64,000 bases of DNA from Parcubacteria group bacterium Gr01-1014_13 (GTDB lineage Bacteria > Patescibacteriota > Patescibacteriia > Magasanikbacterales > GWA2-37-8). A program made the position numbers and the translations under genes. The stretch is from contig VMGB01000003.1 of NCBI GenBank assembly GCA_007376295.1, positions 7,106-71,105 on the forward strand. The letters run 5' to 3'. Shown piece after piece: positions 1 to 9,049 of the stretch (position 1 is its first letter; every line of letters begins with the position of its first letter). The notes below the pieces were generated by a model. It was not told the origin of the DNA, made no database searches, and worked only from the letters and a program-made list of their open reading frames with translations.

Positions 1-694
1 GCGCTCTGCCCACAGCAATGGCAGCCAGCGCGTTATATACATTAAACCTCCCTATAATATTTAATCTAAACTTTTGTGCGCCGACAGAAAAATCCGTTCC
101 ACTTTGATCAGAAATAATATTTTCTCCCAAAATTTCCGGCTGATTTTGCGAATTCAAACCAAAAGCATGTTTTTCCGGCGCGGGAAAATTTAAATAATAA
201 TTTGCGTACTCATCGTCAGTGTTGGCGATTATAACTTTTGCTTTGGTAAATATTTTACCTTTGGCTTTTTTTAAATTTTCAAATCCGCCATGACGTTCGG
301 AATGTTCGGTGCCTAAATTGGTAAATACGGTTGTGTGGTAATTCAAACCAATATGGCGATATTGTAAAATTCCTTCTGAAGATGTTTCCACCACCGCATA
401 TTTACAGCCGGCTTTTACCATTTGTTTAAGCATGCTTTGAATTTTGCCACGTCCAAGCATGGTCATTTTTTTATCATTAAGCCAACGCTTCTCAGCTATC
501 TGAAATTCTACTGTAGTCAGCATTCCCACTTTGCTCCCACCAGCTTCTAATACGGAAGCGATAAGACGGCAAGTGGTAGATTTACCCTTGGTGCCAGTGA
601 CGCCAATCACAATTAATTTGCGAGCCGGACGGCCATACCACCAATATGCGGTATAGGCTAATAGGAAGTGAATAATTTTTTTAAAAGAGGACAT
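1..694 (-). CDS. murE: Mur ligase, probably UDP-MurNAc-tripeptide synthetase MurE (5' part; runs off window start)
   Basis: Manual translation from ATG at 694: MSSFKKIIHFLLAYTAYWWYGRPARKLIVIGVTGTKGKSTT... Mur-ligase P-loop, followed by KMTMLGRG, VETSSEG and VFTNLGTEHSERHGGFENLKKAK motifs. Not in the ORF track because it is truncated. Confidence 0.85.
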   Translation of the reverse strand, partial: MSSFKKIIHFLLAYTAYWWYGRPARKLIVIGVTGTKGKSTTCRLIASVLEAGGSKVGMLTTVEFQIAEKRWLNDKKMTMLGRGKIQSMLKQMVKAGCKYAVVETSSEGILQYRHIGLNYHTTVFTNLGTEHSERHGGFENLKKAKGKIFTKAKVIIANTDDEYANYYLNFPAPEKHAFGLNSQNQPEILGENIISDQSGTDFSVGAQKFRLNIIGRFNVYNALAAIAVGRA

Positions 695-695
695 A

Positions 696-1268
696 TTACT
701 GCCTAATACTTACCTCATATAAAACTTGTTCCAATTTATTCAAAGCCTGCTTGGCCTGATCAAATTTCTGGCGATTGTAGCCAGTCAAATTCATATCCAC
801 CAACTCCTCAATAATTTCATCGGCCGCCTCCTTGCACCTTTTTACTTCCGCAAACTTTTTTTCGGTGGCGGATTTTATAGCATAACGCAAAAGCTCTCCG
901 GGTACATCGCATAGGCCGCTAATAAAAATATCGGAATCTACGTGTACTTTTGCCAACTTGCCAATAGTTTTTTTCTGCAAATATTGATTTAAAACAAAGG
1001 CTTCCACAAACTCTTCCAACCCAGCCTTGTACGAACCTTCTTCAAAAATACTTCTATCTTTTTTATTTTTTATATTTAAATCCAAAATAATTTTTTCTGC
1101 CTGCGCCAAAAGTTTTTGCGCTTCGGCCATACCATCCCTTTGCATCGCAAAAATCGCTTTCTTGGAAAGAAACTGTGCCTGACTTGATTCTTTTATTATC
1201 TCCTGCCGTTTGGCGGAATAACCTAATAATTCTTTGCGTACCAAATCAAAATATTTCTTATCCAACAT
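696..1268 (-). CDS. Translin/TRAX family protein (C3PO-like RNase)
   Basis: All-helical, 190 aa, with YKAGLEEFVEA and FISGLCDVPGELLR matching the TRAX/translin signatures (GLQEYVEA, YLLGxxDxxGELMR). Confidence 0.85.
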   Translation of the reverse strand: MLDKKYFDLVRKELLGYSAKRQEIIKESSQAQFLSKKAIFAMQRDGMAEAQKLLAQAEKIILDLNIKNKKDRSIFEEGSYKAGLEEFVEAFVLNQYLQKKTIGKLAKVHVDSDIFISGLCDVPGELLRYAIKSATEKKFAEVKRCKEAADEIIEELVDMNLTGYNRQKFDQAKQALNKLEQVLYEVSIRQ

Positions 1269-1269
1269 A

Positions 1270-2271
1270 CTAAAACTTCTTTAACTGTTTAATATAATCA
1301 GAAAATTCATGCACCCCGCGGGTTTCTAGCCACAGCCACCATTCGGCTCCCCATAGATATGATCTAGGCATGCCAGTCCGGGCTGCAAAATTCACATTGC
1401 TTTTTAACCTCTTCAAGCTCATGGATTTAAACTGCTCCTCTAGTGGCGTGTCAGCCAAAGGCTTATCAGGTATCCACGGCTCAGCTTGAAGTTCGGTAAT
1501 ATATGCAGTATTGATGTCTCGTCCATTAAGCCACAACCTGGCTGTGTAGGCAATAGGCGGGAAAATCCAATCATAACTCCAATAGCCAATTGCCTTACTC
1601 CAAACTACCCTATACATAGTAGTACCAAAAAAGTCTGCCTGTTTAGCCGTACGGCGCCACAAGCTTAATTCACCACTATCGGTAACCATGGTGCGGTGGT
1701 TAGGGTCAAGTTTTTTTACCAGCGCTATCTCTTCTTTTAAAGACTTCGTGCTAATTGGCTGGCAAGTACCAAAACCTAAAAATGGTTCGTTCTCTACCTG
1801 CCAAATTTCCAAAGCTGGATGATTTTTGTAGCGCATCACCACAATTGTCATAAAATTCAGCAAATCCGATTGATGATTACTATGGCTAGTTATATCCGTC
1901 CAGGCAGGAAAATGACATTCTGGCCAACGCGGCGTTTTGTGACCAACTGCCAAAACAATTTTAACATTTCTTTTGGCCGCTTCATTCATCATCCAATCCA
2001 AATCTTTCCAATCATAATGCCCTTTTGTTTTCTCTATTAAATCCCACTGCGCCGATAGCCGGATATATTTAAAATGCCAATCATCTAAAATTTTCGCAAA
2101 TGATGGTTTGGTATCAAGTCCAAGATAGTTTGCATACTCGGTATTAAAACTTACACCGTAAATCATAGTATTTTTCATATAACCAAAAAATTTTAGCACC
2201 AAAATCCAATTTATCGCCAATGCGGCTAAAATAACCACTACTAACAAAAGTTTCTTTGGCTTATCTGACAT
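1270..2271 (-). CDS. Membrane-anchored glycoside hydrolase (clan GH-A, GH5/GH42-like)
   Basis: N-terminal TM helix; WDLIEKTKGHYDW, WQVENEP (acid/base Glu) and ITELQAEPW (nucleophile Glu). Confidence 0.75.
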   Translation of the reverse strand: MSDKPKKLLLVVVILAALAINWILVLKFFGYMKNTMIYGVSFNTEYANYLGLDTKPSFAKILDDWHFKYIRLSAQWDLIEKTKGHYDWKDLDWMMNEAAKRNVKIVLAVGHKTPRWPECHFPAWTDITSHSNHQSDLLNFMTIVVMRYKNHPALEIWQVENEPFLGFGTCQPISTKSLKEEIALVKKLDPNHRTMVTDSGELSLWRRTAKQADFFGTTMYRVVWSKAIGYWSYDWIFPPIAYTARLWLNGRDINTAYITELQAEPWIPDKPLADTPLEEQFKSMSLKRLKSNVNFAARTGMPRSYLWGAEWWLWLETRGVHEFSDYIKQLKKF

Positions 2272-2272
2272 G

Positions 2273-3184
2273 CTATTTGATTAATAATAAAACCAAGCCG
2301 AGACTGATTATAGCTACCGCGGCTGTTTTTTGAATTATTTCTTTTCTGGTAAATGTTTCATGCAAAACTTTTGGGAAAAATTTGGATATTAAGGCTACCA
2401 AAATTATAAGCATGGCATACTGCGCGCCCGCCAGCGCGTTAACTAGCGTCACACTACCTATAGAAGTCGCATATTGAATTAAAGTGGCCCCCATTACTCC
2501 CAAAGTTATATCCCCAACCACCAAAAAGAATAATTTTTTACCGCGAGCTTTATCAGCAACTGTTTTTTCTTTTTTACTAAAAAGAGCCCGTACAGATGAA
2601 GACATTAGTAAAAATCCGCCAAAAATACCAATCGGTAATTTTGTCAGAACAAAACCGCTATAAAAACCGTATGCATCATAAGCATACTTGGATATGACAT
2701 GGGAAACGGCAAATAAAAACCCGGCCAAAATCCCCCAACTCATGGCGCTATGCCAACCACGTTTTTTTTCACTTAAATCAATTGAAATTATTAGAGAACC
2801 AATAATTAAAATACCAGCCGCAAGCAATCCGTATGTGCCCAAACGTTCCCCTAAAAAAATACGGCTGAGGAATAAAATAAAAAAAGGTATGACCGCCCCG
2901 ATTAACGGACCAATGTGACTGACTTCGCTTTCCTGTATAGCGATATACAATGTCCATAATCCAAAAGCAAAACAAAGACCGGACAAACAAAAAATTACAT
3001 AGTCTGTCCAAACATTAGGCATATTTATCCCAAACGGCAGAAGTAAAAAAGTTGGTAGAACAAAAATTGTCGAATAAAAAACAAAAATAATCGGTTTGGA
3101 AACTGATTTGGTCAAAATAAACTTATCTATTATAGCCACCACGGCCAGCATCGCATTTCCGAGCAGCGCTATAAAAAGCCACAT
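2273..3184 (-). CDS. EamA/DMT family transporter
   Basis: About 10 TM helices in two repeats, FLGERLG motif; likely start MWLFIALLG at 3184. Confidence 0.8.
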   Translation of the reverse strand: MWLFIALLGNAMLAVVAIIDKFILTKSVSKPIIFVFYSTIFVLPTFLLLPFGINMPNVWTDYVIFCLSGLCFAFGLWTLYIAIQESEVSHIGPLIGAVIPFFILFLSRIFLGERLGTYGLLAAGILIIGSLIISIDLSEKKRGWHSAMSWGILAGFLFAVSHVISKYAYDAYGFYSGFVLTKLPIGIFGGFLLMSSSVRALFSKKEKTVADKARGKKLFFLVVGDITLGVMGATLIQYATSIGSVTLVNALAGAQYAMLIILVALISKFFPKVLHETFTRKEIIQKTAAVAIISLGLVLLLIK

Positions 3185-3309
3185 AAGTTTGAGGTTAAAT
3201 ATGTTGGATATTTTACCATTAAAACGCAAGCCAGACAAACCGCTCTTGGCCTTTTTTTAAAATTAAGCTAAACTACTTACTGTAATTCACTACCTTAAAC
3301 TTAATTGTT

Positions 3310-3513
3310 ATGCACAAAAAAGAAGCTATGCTAGACCCTTGGATTATTGAAGAAATACTAAGAAAAGAACGGGAGAAAAAAGAGGAAGAAGAACGCCGAA
3401 AAAGAGAGCAGCCACAGCCAGAAAAAGACCCAAACCAGGACCCGAACCAGAATCAAGATCCAAAAAAAGACGACGAAGACAAGGATAGAGGTGTTACAAT
3501 AATTGATATCTAA
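3310..3513 (+). CDS. Small charged protein (MLDPWIIEE...RGVTIIDI)
   Basis: 67-aa ORF with conserved-looking termini flanking an E/K/R-rich and DPNQ-repeat linker. Confidence 0.6.
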   Translation: MHKKEAMLDPWIIEEILRKEREKKEEEERRKREQPQPEKDPNQDPNQNQDPKKDDEDKDRGVTIIDI

Positions 3514-3521
3514 GCCTTAAT

Positions 3522-3550
3522 TTGACAGTTTTGACCAAAAATGATAATAT
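3522..3550 (+). promoter_or_regulatory. Sigma70-type promoter upstream of the putative ncRNA and rny
   Basis: TTGACA-N17-TAATAT. Confidence 0.6.
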
Positions 3551-3573
3551 TTGGTTAGATATTTTAATTAACT

Positions 3574-3786
3574 GATCTTTGAGTAATTACCCGTAGAGAA
3601 GAATCTGATAAGACTACGTTAGACGAGTGATAGTCCGGCCATAAATTTATGCTAATTAAACGACAAAACAACTTCCAAAACGACCATCTTTCCTCAACCT
3701 GGACAGCTATTTTTTCCGTTTTAAAATAAAGCATAACTTCTTAGGCCAAATTTCTTCTTAAAATTACAGGTAATGACCAAAAGTCG
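3574..3786 (+). ncRNA. Candidate 6S RNA-like rod-shaped ncRNA
   Basis: Manual fold gives end-to-end pairing (GAUCUUUGAGUAAUUACC with GGUAAUGACCAAAAGUC; GAGAAGAA with UUCUUCUU; UUAGACG with CGUUUUAA; GAUAG with CUAUU; UCCGG with CUGGA) plus internal bubbles. It lies directly upstream of rny. Confidence 0.5.
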
Positions 3787-3807
3787 CCAATATTTTTGTA
3801 TAACTAT

Positions 3808-5337
3808 ATGAATAACTACATTTTGGCTATGTTGGCCATCGTAGTCGGCTCCGGAGCTGGAGTTGCTTTCGGCTATTTTTTGCGCAAAAAAATTGCCCAA
3901 GCCCAAGCCAATTCCATTGAAGCCAAGGCAGACAAAATCCTAACCGAAGCCAAAAGCCAGCAACAGGAAATTATAACTCAGGGCAAAGAAAAAGCTATCC
4001 AAATAATCGACGAAGCCAAACGTGAAGAAAAGCAAGTTCGCCAAGAACTGCACAGCGTGCAGGAAAGACTGGAAAGACGAGAAACAATGTTTGATCAAAA
4101 ATTAATTGAACTGCAAAACAACCAAAATAAACTTCAGGAACAGGCCAATAAAGTACAGCAAGTCAAACAAGAAATAGAAAAATTACGCGACCAGGAGATA
4201 GTAAAACTTCAAGAGTTAGCCAGCCTTACCAAAGAGGAAGCCAAAAACGAACTCTTGAAACGCGTTGAAGAACAAAGTAAAGCTGATCTCATGGCCAGAG
4301 TTTTGAAATTAGACAAGGAATCTCTAGAAGTCTACGACGCCAAAGCCAGAGAGCTTATTACCGACGCTGTTCAACGTGTTGCCTCTTCTCATGCTGCCGA
4401 AGTTACCTCCACTACTGTTCACTTACCAAGTGAAGATATGAAGGGCCGCATTATCGGTAAAGAAGGCCGCAACATTAAAACTATTGAAAAATTAACTGGT
4501 TGTGAACTGGTGATAGATGATACTCCAGATGCCATTATGGTTTCCGGCTTCTCCCCTATCCGCAGACAAATTGCCAAACTTGCACTGGAAAAATTAATGG
4601 CCGATGGCCGTATCCAACCAGCTCGTATTGAAGAATTTGTAGAAAAAGCTAAACAAGATTTAGCGATAGATATTAAAAAAGCTGGTGAAGAGGCTCTCTA
4701 CAAAATGGGTATCACTGGGATTGATCCAAAATTAGTCGGCATTGTTGGTCGTCTAAAGTACCGCACAAGCTATGGTCAAAATATTCTTATCCATTCTATG
4801 GAGACGGGATATTTAGCCGCTATTATCGCTGGTGAACTTGGACTTAATGCTGCTCATGCTAAAAAATGTGGTTTCTTCCATGATATCGGTAAAGCTGTAG
4901 ATCAAGAAACTCAAGGTTCTCACCCGGAAATCGGCCATATGATCTTGAAAAAGTTTAACATGGACGAGGATATCTGCCAGACTGCTCTAACCCACCACCA
5001 AGACAAGGCTTACAATATTTACGCCACCATTGCTAAAGCTGCGGACGCAATTTCCGGAGCTAGAGTTGGCGCGCGCAAAGACAGTTACGAACAATTTGTG
5101 GCTCGTTTGGAAGATTTGGAAAAGACTGCCAGCAGCTTCCCTGGTATCGATAAGGTATACGCTATTCAAGCTGGCCGTGAAATACGTGTCTTCGTAAAAC
5201 CAAACGAAATTGATGATTATTCCGCTTTCCAATTGGCCAAAGATATTTCTCGCAAGATTGAACAAGAGTTACAGTACCCTGGCGAAATCAGAGTTACCAT
5301 AATTCGTGAAACCAGAGTGGTAGAATACGCCAAGTAA
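3808..5337 (+). CDS. rny: Ribonuclease Y
   Basis: N-terminal TM, coiled coil, KH domain (MKGRIIGKEGRNI), HD domain (HDIGKA), AIQAGREIRV. Confidence 0.97.
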   Translation: MNNYILAMLAIVVGSGAGVAFGYFLRKKIAQAQANSIEAKADKILTEAKSQQQEIITQGKEKAIQIIDEAKREEKQVRQELHSVQERLERRETMFDQKLIELQNNQNKLQEQANKVQQVKQEIEKLRDQEIVKLQELASLTKEEAKNELLKRVEEQSKADLMARVLKLDKESLEVYDAKARELITDAVQRVASSHAAEVTSTTVHLPSEDMKGRIIGKEGRNIKTIEKLTGCELVIDDTPDAIMVSGFSPIRRQIAKLALEKLMADGRIQPARIEEFVEKAKQDLAIDIKKAGEEALYKMGITGIDPKLVGIVGRLKYRTSYGQNILIHSMETGYLAAIIAGELGLNAAHAKKCGFFHDIGKAVDQETQGSHPEIGHMILKKFNMDEDICQTALTHHQDKAYNIYATIAKAADAISGARVGARKDSYEQFVARLEDLEKTASSFPGIDKVYAIQAGREIRVFVKPNEIDDYSAFQLAKDISRKIEQELQYPGEIRVTIIRETRVVEYAK

Positions 5338-5464
5338 ACCGTGGGGATAACTATTTTGCTTAATGTAGGCAAAAAAAACCGATCATGCTACAATAAGGGC
5401 TAAGATTGGGGAAATTAAAATCGTAGTCTATGTCAAAATTCCAAATTGGAAAGGGGGTGAAACT

Positions 5465-5740
5465 ATGAACAAAGCAGATTTAGCACAACACGTAGCTGAG
5501 AAATTAAACTTACCAAAGCGCCAAATTGAAGATACTCTTAACGCCATACTTGACACCGTAGTTGAACAATTAAAGAAAGGCGAAGAAGTTGTTTTGACTG
5601 GTTTTGGAGCTTTCAGCGCCAAGATGCGCGCCGCTCGCCAAGGTGTTAACCCGCAAAATCCTTCTCAAAAAATCCAAATCGCAGCTGTAACCGTACCAAA
5701 ATTCAAAGCAGGTAAAGCTTTAAAAGATTCTTTGAAATAA
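5465..5740 (+). CDS. hup: HU DNA-binding protein
   Basis: MNKADL..., LTGFGAF, GVNPQN, VPKFKAGKALKD. Confidence 0.95.
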   Translation: MNKADLAQHVAEKLNLPKRQIEDTLNAILDTVVEQLKKGEEVVLTGFGAFSAKMRAARQGVNPQNPSQKIQIAAVTVPKFKAGKALKDSLK

Positions 5741-5771
5741 TTTCAGACTCAACAGTAATTACGTAATTACA

Positions 5772-5808
5772 TAACAAAAAAGCCCGACCAAGTCGGGTTT
5801 TTTTGTTA
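5772..5808. terminator. Bidirectional intrinsic terminator after hup
   Basis: aacaaaaaagcccgac-caa-gtcgggttttttttgtt. Confidence 0.8.
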
Positions 5809-5885
5809 TTGCTAAACAGAGTTTTTTATTATTTAAACACAAATTTATTTTAATTATGATATAATAAATTTAAAGGAGGTACGCC

Positions 5886-6341
5886 GTGGCCAAACGCGAT
5901 AAAAAGCGACGCCGGCGCAAACCTCCGGCCAAAAAATCTCAATCAGCTCTGCCTACCAAAGGCAACCATCATGATCTGCTAGAAATTTTTAATGCCATAA
6001 ACCTTTGGTATTTTGATGGCAAAATCAAAGCCAGGATTAGTTGGGGTCGCAGAGTCCCCTTTCCTCCGCGCTACCACAAGACAATGAGTATGGCGCACTG
6101 CCATGTTGAAAATCGTTTGATAATTATCAGCCGTTCTCTCGACCGGTCTTCGGTGCCACGTTTAATCGTGGAATATACGGTATTTCACGAAATACTGCAC
6201 CTGAAATTTCCCCCGCGAATAAAAAACGGCCGTCATAATTTTCATTACAAAGAATTCTGCGACGCGGAAAAACAATTTGCCAACTATGCCGAGGCCGAAG
6301 AATGGGAGAAAAATCACAATTATCTCCTACATTTTTTCTAA
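5886..6341 (+). CDS. SprT/YgjP(M48)-like zinc metalloprotease domain protein
   Basis: VEYTVFHEILH (HExxH) and a downstream H..EF motif; GTG start preceded by AAAGGAGG. Confidence 0.75.
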   Translation: MAKRDKKRRRRKPPAKKSQSALPTKGNHHDLLEIFNAINLWYFDGKIKARISWGRRVPFPPRYHKTMSMAHCHVENRLIIISRSLDRSSVPRLIVEYTVFHEILHLKFPPRIKNGRHNFHYKEFCDAEKQFANYAEAEEWEKNHNYLLHFF

Positions 6342-6447
6342 AATATTGCCCCCTCCGTAAATACGGAACGGGGGTATTTTTTTAAATATTTGCATTTTCC
6401 CTTAAGCGATGATAGTATTTCCCCAAACCCAACAGGGAGATAATCTA

Positions 6448-7326
6448 ATGGAAAATCTAGAAAAAGAAGTCATCCAACCATCGTTGGGTGATAAAGTAGG
6501 CAACTTCCTTGGATTTGTCGGTATCCATGTGGCCTGTATTTTTGCCATTTGGACCGGTGTCACTTGGCGTTCTCTGGTAATCGCTTTTGTGCTGTACTGG
6601 ACACGCATGTTCCTGATTACCGGCGGCTACCACCGCTACTTTGCTCATCGCTCTTACAAAACCTCGCGCGCATTTCAGTTTGTGCTCGCTTTCTTAGGCA
6701 CAACTGCTATGCAAAAAGGTACGATTTGGTGGTCGGCCAGACATCGCATCCACCACAAACATTCCGACGAGCCGGAAGATATTCACTCGCCGAAAGTGTA
6801 CGGCTTCTGGCAGGCGCATATATGGTGGTTCTTGGGAAATAAGCACGGAAGCGGTATCACTGATTTAAGCCGAGTAAAAGACCTGGTAAAATACCCTGAA
6901 CTACGCTGGCTCGATAAATACCATTGGGTAGCGCCAATCATGCTTACCGGCCTATGCTACTACTTGGATGGGTGGACAGGCCTGATCGTCGGCCTAGCCT
7001 GGTCTACCGTGATATTTTGGCACTGTACATTTTTGGTCAATTCTATTGCCCACATCTGGGGTAGTAGGCGCTACCAAACCAAAGATGATAGCCGAAATAA
7101 CTGGTTTATCGCTCTGCTCACTATGGGCGAAGGATGGCATAACAACCATCATCACCGTCAAGGTTATGCCAGACAGGGCGTTAAATGGTGGGAAATTGAT
7201 ACCACTTATTACATCCTGCGACTGCTCGCTCTGTTTCGTCTAATCCGGGACTTAAATCCCGTATCTAAAAATAAACTGAAAAGTGATCCGGTCGAAGAAA
7301 CGGCCGTAGAACTTACAGCTCCTTAA
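6448..7326 (+). CDS. Delta-9 acyl-CoA/acyl-lipid fatty acid desaturase
   Basis: His boxes GYHRYFAHRSY, HRIHHKHSD, NSIAH and GEGWHNNHH. Confidence 0.92.
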   Translation: MENLEKEVIQPSLGDKVGNFLGFVGIHVACIFAIWTGVTWRSLVIAFVLYWTRMFLITGGYHRYFAHRSYKTSRAFQFVLAFLGTTAMQKGTIWWSARHRIHHKHSDEPEDIHSPKVYGFWQAHIWWFLGNKHGSGITDLSRVKDLVKYPELRWLDKYHWVAPIMLTGLCYYLDGWTGLIVGLAWSTVIFWHCTFLVNSIAHIWGSRRYQTKDDSRNNWFIALLTMGEGWHNNHHHRQGYARQGVKWWEIDTTYYILRLLALFRLIRDLNPVSKNKLKSDPVEETAVELTAP

Positions 7327-7437
7327 ACAAAAAGGCGGGCGATCCAACGGATCGCTCTATTTTTTTATTTAAATTTAACATTGTGCTACCAGGCAATTTT
7401 TGGTATACTTAAATTAATTTAACAGAATATTAATTCT

Positions 7438-7890
7438 ATGTTTAGAACAAAATTAGAAAAAAATAAAAGCCGGGTTGACCGCTTTGCTGATTTCTTAAGA
7501 AGCTATTTTGGCACTGTCTGGTTTCTTGCGATAAATGCCATTGTTTTTCTTGGATGGCTATTACTTAATTCTGGATTAATTCCAAACTTTCCAATCTTCG
7601 ATCCCTATCCGCATGGTTTTTTGACTACCGCTGTTTCTCTTGAGGCCATATTTCTTAGCGTTATTGTTCTTATCAGTCAAAATCGAGCTAACCAAATTGA
7701 TGAACTAAGAGAAGAAATCGATTTACAAATTAATATCAAAGCTGAACACGAGATTACCAGAATAATAAATATGCTCGATGAAATTCATGATCATTTAGGA
7801 CTCGCTTCGGATGATGATGCGGAATTAGCAGAGATGAAACAAAAAACAAATATAAGTGACATCCAAAACCAATTAATGCGACATAAGTGA
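7438..7890 (+). CDS. DUF1003 domain membrane protein
   Basis: FDPYPHGFLTTAVSLEAIFLSVIVLISQNR signature. Confidence 0.85.
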   Translation: MFRTKLEKNKSRVDRFADFLRSYFGTVWFLAINAIVFLGWLLLNSGLIPNFPIFDPYPHGFLTTAVSLEAIFLSVIVLISQNRANQIDELREEIDLQINIKAEHEITRIINMLDEIHDHLGLASDDDAELAEMKQKTNISDIQNQLMRHK

Positions 7891-7908
7891 GGTTCATAAA
7901 AATTTAAT

Positions 7909-8028
7909 AAAAAAGAGAGACCTTGCCGAAGCTTGGTCTCATGTAGGGTTGGGTAGAGAGAAAGTGGGTTGAGGTTTGGTTGCAGGTTTGAAGCTGCTAC
8001 GTTTACCATCGAACTTAGTTCTCTGATA
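7909..8028 (-). ncRNA. Candidate stand-alone small RNA (~120 nt) with C-rich single-stranded tract
   Basis: Own promoter TTGACC(8062-8057)-N17-TACGAT(8039-8034); two 5' hairpins; terminator GAGACC-AA-GC-UUCG-GC-AA-GGUCUC followed by a U-tract; no complete ORF inside. Confidence 0.55.
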
Positions 8029-8078
8029 TTTCTATCGTATACCCTACAATAAACTGGGTCAATAGTTTTTAGCAAAAG

Positions 8079-8087
8079 TTATCCACA
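8079..8087 (+). promoter_or_regulatory. Single consensus DnaA box next to the sRNA promoter
   Basis: TTATCCACA. Confidence 0.4.
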
Positions 8088-8145
8088 GAGCAATAAATAC
8101 AAAAGCCCCCAACCTGGGAGGGCTTTTGATTTTATACAATATTTA

Positions 8146-8925
8146 TTAGATACCTACTTCAACTTTAGCACCGGTATCGGCCTTAATCTTGAGATTACTT
8201 GTACTCATCAGCAATTTAATTGTATTATCGGCATTAATTTCCAACTTTTCATCCGTTTTCAATTTAAAGTTATCCCGCATCGTTCCATTTACATCCATGC
8301 CTACTTCGATATTGCTTTCTACATTTCCACCCGTCAATGTCACCATATCATCGGTAGTTATAGTAGCGTTGGCATTTGTGCGAGATTCAATCTTCAGCAC
8401 TGGGGAAAAGATATACTTACCTTTTCCAGTTATGTGCAATGACTCGTCAACAACAAAATCTACTTTAACGCTATTAGTGGTGCCGGAAACAACTGTGAAT
8501 TTACCATTAACTTCTAGGTTGTTTGAAGGTAATTTTGCTTCGACTGTGGAAGTAGATTTGACTACTAAAACTTTTGTAACATGCAAACGAATTTGATTAT
8601 AGGTGTCTTGGGCCACATTTGTATGAGCTGCCAAAGCCAAGGCGGACTTGGCTTTTAGAGCCAACAGGTCAAAAGTTTTGGACTCGTTAGAAACAGTTAT
8701 CCATCCTTGAGTAGCGCTATGCATTTCTATTTTATCGACTGTTAATTGAACAGAGGTAATTCCGTTCATTTGAGCCGCGGCGTCGGTTATGGAAATGATA
8801 ACTTTTCCTTGGGCGGCACTATACGGAGTCGTAGTGGGGTTAGTGTTAACACCAACATTTCCCGTACATCCTGCACCCATTAAAGCAATGGCTGCAGCAA
8901 AGGCCAACAAAATTCCTTTCCTCAT
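8146..8925 (-). CDS. DUF4382 domain lipoprotein
   Basis: Lipobox MGAGC; ISITDAA, FDLLAL, YNQIRL, VDFVVDESLHITGKGKYIFSPV. Confidence 0.8.
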   Translation of the reverse strand: MRKGILLAFAAAIALMGAGCTGNVGVNTNPTTTPYSAAQGKVIISITDAAAQMNGITSVQLTVDKIEMHSATQGWITVSNESKTFDLLALKAKSALALAAHTNVAQDTYNQIRLHVTKVLVVKSTSTVEAKLPSNNLEVNGKFTVVSGTTNSVKVDFVVDESLHITGKGKYIFSPVLKIESRTNANATITTDDMVTLTGGNVESNIEVGMDVNGTMRDNFKLKTDEKLEINADNTIKLLMSTSNLKIKADTGAKVEVGI

Positions 8926-9049
8926 ATGCTTTTTAAATTAAATAAATAAAAAACCCTTTTTAAATCCTGCTTTAATCCTACTCTTCTATTTATGAAAATT
9001 TGATGAAGTTTTTGGACTACTTGTCTTTACAGATATTTAAACACTTGTT

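Noticed and set aside
7791-8075. 94-aa minus-strand ORF
   Set aside because: Starts within the promoter, crosses a strong terminator and overlaps the DUF1003 gene; better explained as an sRNA locus.
5341-8087. Replication origin from DnaA-box-like sequences at 5342-5350 and 8079-8087
   Set aside because: Only isolated boxes, with no cluster, no DUE and no dnaA/dnaN nearby.
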